DNA of 32,000 bases from Ruminococcus albus 7 = DSM 20455 (lineage in GTDB: Bacteria; Bacillota; Clostridia; Oscillospirales; Ruminococcaceae): positions 2,760,001 to 2,792,000 of the forward strand of contig NC_014833.1 of assembly GCF_000179635.2 (NCBI RefSeq), written 5' to 3'. Both the position numbers and the translations under genes were made by a program. Numbering within the stretch: position 1 is the stretch's first letter; the number at the start of each line of letters is the position of its first letter. Below are positions 26,409 through 32,000 of the stretch, piece after piece. A model generated the notes under the pieces. The model made no database searches, was not told where the DNA came from, and worked only from the letters and a program-made list of their open reading frames with translations.

Positions 26409-26434
26409 TAAAAGTGCGTATTTACGCTATTTTC
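26409..26434 (+). repeat. Dyad site A: TAAAAGTGCGTA-TT-TACGCTATTTTC
   Basis: 26-bp 12-2-12 imperfect palindrome. One of three copies of a roughly 30-bp element-specific motif, and the only one with central dinucleotide TT. Confidence 0.7.
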
Positions 26435-26495
26435 CGTTCTTCTCTGTTTCTTATCTGCTCTCAAAAGTCAAATAAGATTTATAAAAATCAACTCA

Positions 26496-26527
26496 AATGT
26501 CACCCGAATGTCAACCAAATGTCAACC
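26496..26527 (+). repeat. Three tandem AAATGTCA(A/C)CC repeats (11-bp period) next to the integrase 3' end
   Basis: AAATGTCACCC, GAATGTCAACC and AAATGTCAACC are read directly. The same motif recurs at 26357, 31052 and three times at 31616-31643, always in this orientation. Confidence 0.6.
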
Positions 26528-26545
26528 AAATACAAGTACAAAAAA

Positions 26546-27733
26546 TCACACTGCTTTATTAACTGTCCATGTTATGTTTCGTTCGCAGCTGTCTTTTTCT
26601 GTATCAAAATAGCAATCAAGCAGTTTGCCCGAATACTCTTTTGTCAACTTTTCTTTTTCTTCATGCCTAGCGTGTGTGTACACTGTTTTAGATACACCAC
26701 CCTTTAAAGACCAACCACCAACAATTTCCGCAATTGTACAATCTTTGTTATCACTTATGAATATGTGTCTTAATATGTGTGCTGTTATCCAATCATATCC
26801 GTTCTTAATAGCAAGTTGTTTAATACAACTACCATACTGCCAATTACATATTGAAATCACAAAATCATCATCTGATTTATGTTCAATACTATGTATCATG
26901 TCATACAATCTGTTGTCAATCAGAAATCTTCTTGTACTGTATTCATTCTTAGTTTCTTCTCTAAAATGGTCTTTACCTCTAATACAAGTCTTTGTAGCAT
27001 GAATATTCACATAACAATTACCGTTCTTCTCTTTGATAACGTCTTTAAATTTAAGCCCTCTGACTTCTTCAACCCTTAAACTGTGCAGACCGAGCAGCAC
27101 ACAAACAGCTGTCCTGTCTTTGTATTTCGTTGTATCAGCTTTAAGCCATTCAACAACATCAAGTGCAGTAGGCAAATTTTCAAAGTCTTTCTTTCTGCCT
27201 TTACCTATATATGTTGCATTGTTGACATAGCTTTTCAGTTCCTTTTGTACCTTTGGTGTTAAAGCTGGCACTTCAAAATAATTTAATACCACGCATAAAA
27301 CAGTAAACTCACGTTTCATAGTGGTTTTTGCACATCCTTTTGCTATATCCGTGTTAATAGCTTGCATTAAATCACTTTTAGTTATCTGTCTAATAGGTTT
27401 ATTTTGCAGTTCTTTGAAGTAGTATTTTATTGTATTGCGATAACTGTTAAGCGTGTTATATGCCAATGAAGCATGAGTATTGATATAGCTTTCAAACGCG
27501 TTGACAAGTGTAATATTATCACCGTGATTACTTTCTAACTCAATAATCAGTTCTTCAACTTTCTTTGATAGCTCATTAAGAGATTTTGCAGTTACCTTTT
27601 TTCTAATGCGTTTACCGCTTTCATCTTTACCGAAGTCAGCTTGTATATAATAATTACCGTTATCCGCTATATGTGCATTAAACTGTCTGTCACCAACATA
27701 AAAACAATTAGTATTGCTTTTTTTCTTAGCCAT
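26546..27733 (-). CDS. Tyrosine-type site-specific recombinase (integrase)
   Basis: About 395 aa with an SAM-like N-terminal domain and a catalytic C-terminus (LGLHSLRVEEVRGL..., AHILRHIF, VYTHA). Start ATG 27733 follows AAGGAG. Confidence 0.8.
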   Translation of the reverse strand: MAKKKSNTNCFYVGDRQFNAHIADNGNYYIQADFGKDESGKRIRKKVTAKSLNELSKKVEELIIELESNHGDNITLVNAFESYINTHASLAYNTLNSYRNTIKYYFKELQNKPIRQITKSDLMQAINTDIAKGCAKTTMKREFTVLCVVLNYFEVPALTPKVQKELKSYVNNATYIGKGRKKDFENLPTALDVVEWLKADTTKYKDRTAVCVLLGLHSLRVEEVRGLKFKDVIKEKNGNCYVNIHATKTCIRGKDHFREETKNEYSTRRFLIDNRLYDMIHSIEHKSDDDFVISICNWQYGSCIKQLAIKNGYDWITAHILRHIFISDNKDCTIAEIVGGWSLKGGVSKTVYTHARHEEKEKLTKEYSGKLLDCYFDTEKDSCERNITWTVNKAV

Positions 27734-27781
27734 AAATACTCCTTTCACATGATAGCAACACTAACACATAATTGCATCAGT

Positions 27782-27810
27782 ATTGTATCATGTTTTTAAC
27801 GTGAAGTCAA
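27782..27810 (-). promoter_or_regulatory. Candidate integrase promoter
   Basis: On the minus strand: TTGACT (27805-27810), 17-nt spacer, TACAAT (27782-27787). Confidence 0.45.
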
Positions 27811-27842
27811 GTTTATATGTAATATCAGAACATGGAATATTT

Positions 27843-28097
27843 TTAAAACTGTTCTAACTCACACAAGCTGTCAATATGATATACTTTACAGAAATTATAA
27901 ATTGATGATAGTTTCAGATTATCTGCACTTTGACTATAGTTGCTAACTGTTGTCGGAGTTACTTGTAAAGCCCTTGCAAGTTCCGTCCTATCTATCTTGT
28001 TATACTTGCAATAACCTTTTATTTTACTCCAAAGATAATTAGATGTTAGTTTGTCTGGTGTTTTTGCTGTGTTTGTGAAATTGATATTGGTATTCAT
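27843..28097 (-). CDS. Small XRE-type helix-turn-helix DNA-binding protein
   Basis: IDRTELARALQVTPTTVSNYSQ is a classic HTH_3-type motif. The preferred start is ATG 28097, after the AGAGGGAA RBS; the tracked ORF starts 20 codons upstream. Confidence 0.65.
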   Translation of the reverse strand: MNTNINFTNTAKTPDKLTSNYLWSKIKGYCKYNKIDRTELARALQVTPTTVSNYSQSADNLKLSSIYNFCKVYHIDSLCELEQF

Positions 28098-28123
28098 TTC
28101 TATTCCCTCTTTCTTTATATCAG

Positions 28124-28161
28124 CTTTAGAATTGCTCTCTGTTGTATTGTACGGCATTGTA
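28124..28161 (+). repeat. Copy 1 of a 38-bp perfect direct repeat upstream of the HTH gene
   Basis: CTTTAGAATTGCTCTCTGTTGTATTGTACGGCATTGTA is identical to 28213-28250. Confidence 0.8.
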
Positions 28162-28212
28162 AAGCCTGCTGTTGTATTTGTCGTATCTCTATACTACCTT
28201 ACCATGTATCAA

Positions 28213-28250
28213 CTTTAGAATTGCTCTCTGTTGTATTGTACGGCATTGTA
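28213..28250 (+). repeat. Copy 2 of the 38-bp perfect direct repeat
   Basis: Identical to 28124-28161. The submotif CTGTTGTATT also occurs between the two copies at about 28169-28178. Confidence 0.8.
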
Positions 28251-28492
28251 TAATTAAAACTGTGATTTTAATTTTTATGTTCTTAATTCTAGTCTTTATA
28301 GATAGTGCTATTATTATATTCTGATTTACTATTCTAGTTTTTATGTATCTGTGTAATTTATGATTATTAATGATAATTACTATATTAGTCATTTGCAAAA
28401 TTACAAAAGTGCATTTCAGCCCTATATTATGCGGTTTAAAGCACATCTGACATTTTCAAAAAGTTAGTCAACGACTAATTATTTTAGCTGTA

Positions 28493-29563
28493 TCAACTAT
28501 CAAAAAATCTTTCACCACTTGAAATGATTTTATTAACATACTCCGTTAATAACTTCATGCTTATTGGCTCAAAACCTTTTTTTCGCTTATAATCAGATGC
28601 AGCCGTGTTAGGTGCTTTATATCCTAACCACTTAAAGAAATCAGATAATTGTTCTTGTGTATAGAAATGGTCTATATACTTTGATAGAAATTCATATACT
28701 GACATATTTTTGTATGTAGTTTTTTCCTTTTTCCATCGCTCATATAACCGATTATTCTTTTCTTCTTGTAGGGTTTTATATAAATCACTATCAAGAATTT
28801 TCAAAAGCTTTGTTTTCCATTTTTCAAACTCTTTTCTTTCATCAGTATTGTTTGCCATTTTACATGACCTTAATTCTAATCTAGTATCAACATTTCCATT
28901 TGGTTCTTGTTTGCGTTTATGATAATACTCAATTTGAAAATATTGTGTTTGCGCTCTAAGTGTCAAACGTTCACACGATATGATGTCGGTACTTGCGTAT
29001 CTGTTTTTTATATTATACTTTTGGGATAATAATGCTATTAAAACGTTATTGAGTTTCCATAACTTATTAAATGTGTTATCATCGAAAAAGTCAAACCTAA
29101 AATCAACCCTTGACAATGATAATTCTCTAGCGGTCAATTCAAGGTTAAACATCATTTCATCAAACACTTTGGTATATTCACTTTTTTTATAGATACCAAT
29201 ATTATCATTAAATTTGTCGGGATTAACAACATATAACCACCGACCATCTTTCAAACATTTCCGCTTGTTATTATGTACATAATCTTTTTGTTTAATTACT
29301 TCTTCTTCAATTTCTTTGTCCGTCTTAATTTGAATAGTGTCAATTCCTGCATACATCTCGCTTTCAGAAAGTATCTTTAATGTATCAGGTGATTTAACTT
29401 TTTCACCTATATAATCAAGCACTAACTTAACAGCTTTATCTAATTCCTGTTCTCTGCTAATATGCCCCTGTGCAAATTGGTATTCAATCATTCTCAACCT
29501 AAAATTAGAGCGGTTATTTTTTCTTAATTTTCTTATTTCGTTTATTTCTTTTCCATATAACAT
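28493..29563 (-). CDS. Putative replication initiator / relaxase of the Rep_trans type
   Basis: About 356 aa. LSRVDFRFDFFD and YYHKRKQ...NVDTRLELRSCK resemble the conserved Rep_trans blocks (xDxxFD; YDK...R.E.R). Start ATG 29563 is 8 nt after GGAGG. The family call rests on motif resemblance only. Confidence 0.5.
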   Translation of the reverse strand: MLYGKEINEIRKLRKNNRSNFRLRMIEYQFAQGHISREQELDKAVKLVLDYIGEKVKSPDTLKILSESEMYAGIDTIQIKTDKEIEEEVIKQKDYVHNNKRKCLKDGRWLYVVNPDKFNDNIGIYKKSEYTKVFDEMMFNLELTARELSLSRVDFRFDFFDDNTFNKLWKLNNVLIALLSQKYNIKNRYASTDIISCERLTLRAQTQYFQIEYYHKRKQEPNGNVDTRLELRSCKMANNTDERKEFEKWKTKLLKILDSDLYKTLQEEKNNRLYERWKKEKTTYKNMSVYEFLSKYIDHFYTQEQLSDFFKWLGYKAPNTAASDYKRKKGFEPISMKLLTEYVNKIISSGERFFDS

Positions 29564-29700
29564 TTTATATTCCTCCAATCTTTTATCTATTTATTTTCTG
29601 TGTTTATTTTCAATTCAATCATAAGCACCACCACCATTTTATTTTATAAAGAATGTTTGATTTTAAGTTATATCAAATTGTCTTTTGTATTTTCAAGCTT

Positions 29701-29730
29701 ATTATACCCCAATCAAATAGAAAATGTAAA
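29701..29730 (-). promoter_or_regulatory. Candidate promoter of the Rep gene
   Basis: On the minus strand: TTTACA (29725-29730), 18-nt spacer, TATAAT (29701-29706). Confidence 0.4.
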
Positions 29731-30047
29731 CCCTTGCATTGTAAAATCTGTATAATTTACAAACAATCAAGGTGAATACTGTACGCGCTATTGTACATAT
29801 TATTCATGATAAATAATGAATGTGATAAAAATTAATAACATCACATTCACTGTTATACACTTACAATCTTAACATTTTGAATTGTTCGGTGTACACTTCG
29901 GTGAAAGTCCGAAATCCTTGTGTTTAGATGAACTAGGTAATAGCTTTACTGTACAATTATTTACCCTGTAAAGTTTTAATTTCCCCTATATCATGGTAGT
30001 TTTTATTCAATAGCCGAATAGTAAATTATAGTATTTTATTAGCACTC

Positions 30048-30073
30048 TAAAAGTGCGTAAATACGCTGTTTTA
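30048..30073 (+). repeat. Dyad site B: TAAAAGTGCGTA-AA-TACGCTGTTTTA
   Basis: 26-bp 12-2-12 palindrome with 10 of 12 positions symmetric and central dinucleotide AA. It shares the flank GTTTTAAGC with site C. Confidence 0.7.
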
Positions 30074-30184
30074 AGCACTTTAAATTGTTCGGTAGCATTT
30101 TTTCAATACCTGGTATGTGAATGAAGTAGCCATAAACATATAAAAAGTTAGCAAGAATTGTTATCATGTTCTATTTTAAACATA

Positions 30185-30228
30185 TAAAAAGCCTGCTATC
30201 ATTTGTTATCTTTTTGATAGCAGGCTTT
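30185..30228 (-). terminator. Terminator of the serine recombinase gene
   Basis: 13-bp perfect stem AAAGCCTGCTATC (30188-30200) / GATAGCAGGCTTT (30216-30228), followed on the minus strand by TTTTTATATG. Confidence 0.75.
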
Positions 30229-30231
30229 GTA

Positions 30232-30978
30232 TTATTCTATTCCGTATTCGGCAAACAGTTCAGACTTGTATTTATAGTAACTGTTTCTTGCAACTCCAAC
30301 ACCTTGACCATTTATCATAGCTATTGTATCAATATCATTCAGTGTACCATTCCCAAAAGCCTTGTGATACTTTACAATCATTTCTTTAACAGCTATTGAC
30401 TTCTTTGTTGTTACCGTCTGTCCGTTCTGTCTGCCTATCTTTTTCCCCTTTGCTTTAGCCTCTCTGATACCCTCGCTTGTTCTGCCGTGTAAATCCTGAA
30501 CTTCTTTTTCGCTTTGTTCAAATGCAAGCCTAATTTGTTTTTCTGCTAACTTAGTGATGTAAATAGCTACTTCTGACATAATGCCATTTATCAATCTGTC
30601 TGTATCATCATCATTTGTATTCACTTTAATTGATAACTTGTTCTCACCTAAAACCGACTTAAAACTATCTGTGTTTATTGTCTGTTCTTTGAGAAATACA
30701 AGGTTAATACCTTTGTTGTATAGTTCCATGTATGTGTTAAATCCTTCTTCTGCATTTCTACTCATTCTGCTAACACTATCAAATACAATCGTATCTCCTG
30801 CATGAACTATTTTAAGCAGCTTAATCCACTCTGGTCTGTTGCTCTTTGTTCCTGTGTATACCTCTGCTTTAATATCTGCTGTCGGGTATGCTCTTTTGAT
30901 GTTAGTAATCTGTCTGTCAATACTTTGTTTTGCTGTTGATATTCTGCAATAGCCATAAACCTTATTATTTTCTTTCAT
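30232..30978 (-). CDS. Small serine recombinase (resolvase/invertase family) with C-terminal HTH
   Basis: N-terminal YGYCRISTAKQSIDRQ (catalytic Ser), VFDSVSRMSRN, and a C-terminal GVARNSYYKYK HTH. AAGGAG RBS. Confidence 0.85.
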   Translation of the reverse strand: MKENNKVYGYCRISTAKQSIDRQITNIKRAYPTADIKAEVYTGTKSNRPEWIKLLKIVHAGDTIVFDSVSRMSRNAEEGFNTYMELYNKGINLVFLKEQTINTDSFKSVLGENKLSIKVNTNDDDTDRLINGIMSEVAIYITKLAEKQIRLAFEQSEKEVQDLHGRTSEGIREAKAKGKKIGRQNGQTVTTKKSIAVKEMIVKYHKAFGNGTLNDIDTIAMINGQGVGVARNSYYKYKSELFAEYGIE

Positions 30979-31031
30979 GTTTGAACACTCCTTTTGTATT
31001 ATTTTAAACGTTCGCTTATTTTGATACTGTG

Positions 31032-31060
31032 ATTATAACATCATTCAAACCAAATGTCAA
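31032..31060 (-). promoter_or_regulatory. Consensus promoter of the serine recombinase gene
   Basis: On the minus strand: TTGACA (31055-31060), 17-nt spacer, TATAAT (31032-31037). The -35 box is the complement of an AAATGTCAA motif copy. Confidence 0.6.
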
Positions 31061-31114
31061 TAGGTTTTGATACTTTTTTCTTTAACGTTCAAAATAATAC
31101 TATCTATTTACCGA

Positions 31115-31149
31115 AACAAAAAAGGCTCACTAATAAATAGCAAGCCTTT
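31115..31149 (-). terminator. Terminator of the 141-aa orphan gene
   Basis: Stem AAAGGCT (31121-31127) / AGCCTTT (31143-31149), followed on the minus strand by TTTTTTGTTT. Confidence 0.55.
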
Positions 31150-31154
31150 ACGTA

Positions 31155-31580
31155 TCATATATAGTTACAATACTTTTGCAGTTCCTTGTTCACTCTCAAT
31201 GCAAGCTGATAATCTTTACTGTCAGCACCAAGCACAACAACATAATCAGTATAATCCAAGCAATCATCACTTATTGTCTTTATCTGCTTAACAATAACGC
31301 TATCCCAATCAAGCAATAATATTGTTTCCATTCTGGTCTTTATAGTCAAGTGTGTTTCTCTGACTTTAACAATCGGGTTGATAACACGACTTGTAAGCCA
31401 CGAAATAAAACTGTCCTCTCCGTCTGACTTGCCTATATCTATTACAAGTTCTGCACCAACACCACGCTTTAGTCTGTCCATGTCCGTCAAATCCCAACTA
31501 TCATCTTTACGAAAGTCAAAAGCTGGGTCTGCAAGTTTAAAAATCTCTTTTACTTCTTCGATAGAATTAACATTGTTCAT
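31155..31580 (-). CDS. 141-aa hypothetical protein (sole unassigned cargo gene of the element)
   Basis: ORF with an AGAGG RBS and its own terminator. I recognise no motif in it. Confidence 0.55.
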   Translation of the reverse strand: MNNVNSIEEVKEIFKLADPAFDFRKDDSWDLTDMDRLKRGVGAELVIDIGKSDGEDSFISWLTSRVINPIVKVRETHLTIKTRMETILLLDWDSVIVKQIKTISDDCLDYTDYVVVLGADSKDYQLALRVNKELQKYCNYI

Positions 31581-31615
31581 TTGTGTATACCTCTTTTACA
31601 TAATATTCGCAATCA

Positions 31616-31643
31616 TGTGTCAATGTCAACTAAAATGTCAACC
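31616..31643 (+). repeat. Three clustered TGTCAA(C) motif copies at the right end of the element
   Basis: ATGTGTCAATGTCAACTAAAATGTCAACC is read directly. Same orientation as the left-end array. Confidence 0.55.
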
Positions 31644-31651
31644 TTGTTTTA

Positions 31652-31677
31652 TAAAAGTGCGTAAATACGTTGTTTTA
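31652..31677 (+). repeat. Dyad site C: TAAAAGTGCGTA-AA-TACGTTGTTTTA
   Basis: Third copy of the 26-bp dyad motif, central dinucleotide AA. It ends 8 bp from the attR core. Confidence 0.7.
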
Positions 31678-31685
31678 AGCTAATT

Positions 31686-31704
31686 CACATTACAGCGTAA
31701 ATGT
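31686..31704 (+). repeat. attR core CACATTACAGCGTAAATGT
   Basis: Identical to 26344-26362. Confidence 0.8.
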
Positions 31705-31746
31705 AAAGGGGTATATTGAATATTTTATATTAATATTTTAAAATTT

Positions 31747-32000
31747 TTATCTGTTGCGGTTAGGTGTAAGAAATCCCGCAGGCGGCTCACTGTCATCTTC
31801 GTAATCGGGCGCTTCTTCGGAAATATCTTCCTCCTCAGCATCCTCGGTGCGTGTGTACCAGTCTTCGCGTATCTCCTCGATGATCGCTTTCAGCTCATCA
31901 ACACCCTCGCCCGTTACCGCCGAGAATGGTATACAATGTATATCCTCAAAGTACGGTATCTCATCTTTGAAAGCTTCCATACGCTCCTTGCGTGCGGTAG
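31747..32000 (-). CDS. C-terminal part of a GTP-binding protein (EngB/YsxC-like), with an acidic tail; 5' end outside the window
   Basis: The frame is open to position 32000 (...TARKERMEAFKDEIPYFEDIHCIPFSAVTGEGVDELKAIIEEI...). SAxTGEGVDEL is the G5-region pattern of small ribosome-biogenesis GTPases. The subfamily assignment is tentative. Confidence 0.55.
   Translation of the reverse strand, partial: TARKERMEAFKDEIPYFEDIHCIPFSAVTGEGVDELKAIIEEIREDWYTRTEDAEEEDISEEAPDYEDDSEPPAGFLTPNRNR

Larger units (their letters stand above)
26344..31704. mobile_element. Integrated 5.3-kb element (int, XRE-type HTH, Rep_trans-like protein, serine recombinase, orphan ORF) with attL and attR
   Basis: Perfect 19-bp direct repeats sit at both ends. 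The interior is strikingly AT-rich compared with the flanks. It carries recombinase and replication genes, and the flanks are housekeeping genes. Confidence 0.8.

Noticed and set aside
26496-26527. Possible CRISPR-like or iteron array (three tandem 11-bp repeats)
   Set aside because: The units are far too short and are contiguous, with no spacers, so this is not a CRISPR array. It is kept only as a protein-binding or -35-like repeat.
26399-26707. 102-aa plus-strand ORF at the left end of the element
   Set aside because: It overlaps the integrase 3' end on the opposite strand and spans the repeat arrays. No RBS.
28189-28446. 85-aa minus-strand ORF inside the element
   Set aside because: It is an I/K/N-rich translation of extremely AT-rich spacer DNA, with no RBS, and it overlaps the 38-bp repeat. 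I treat the region as non-coding.
29895-29915. GGTGAAAGTCCGAAA, reminiscent of the RNase P RNA GAAAGUCCGG box
   Set aside because: It is an isolated short match inside the element spacer. None of the other RNase P conserved regions is present.
29875-30093. Direct repeat TTT(G/A)AATTGTTCGGT about 200 bp apart (17 of 21 matches, 11-mer exact)
   Set aside because: By my rough estimate, a few exact 11-mer repeats are expected by chance within about 5 kb of AT-rich DNA. That is not strong enough to call a recombination site or a nested insertion.
26344-31704. Interpreting the element as a prophage or ICE
   Set aside because: It is only 5.3 kb and has no structural, packaging, lysis, coupling-protein or type IV secretion genes.

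Overview
This window looks like chromosomal DNA from a cellulolytic, Ruminococcus-like member of the Clostridia. That is an inference from a GH9 cellulase, two BspA-type leucine-rich-repeat (LRR) surface proteins and the general sequence style; no database search was possible. All protein-family calls rest on motif recognition in the supplied translations or in my own translations.

Gene order from left to right:
- GH9 endoglucanase, truncated at position 1
- a split PAS-GGDEF-EAL gene
- aldo/keto reductase
- MATE efflux pump
- a three-gene secreted/membrane operon of unknown function, whose first gene is also split
- two paralogous LRR surface proteins
- LysR regulator
- fused MacB-type ABC ATPase-permease
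- gdhA
- a NYN-domain protein with a long structured leader
- uvrC and def
- a VOC/glyoxalase-family protein
- a four-tRNA operon (Val-Asp-Gly-Cys, minus strand)
- hslO, a small membrane protein, a SAM methyltransferase and a yerC-like gene
- a 5.3-kb AT-rich integrative element (26344-31704)
- the 3' end of an EngB-like GTPase gene

The element is the most interesting part of the window. It is bracketed by perfect 19-bp direct repeats and carries a tyrosine integrase, an XRE-type HTH protein, a Rep_trans-like protein, a small serine recombinase and an orphan ORF. It also holds several element-specific repeat families, including three copies of a 26-bp 12-2-12 dyad site. One copy has its central dinucleotide flipped.

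Other items worth a second look:
- two apparent frameshifts (about 3.15 kb and 7.98 kb)
- an ORF-less promoter-to-terminator unit next to gdhA
- a roughly 240-nt GC-rich leader upstream of the NYN-domain gene

I saw no rRNA, no CRISPR array and no obvious defence system. Coordinates of non-ORF features were counted by hand and may be off by 1-2 nt.
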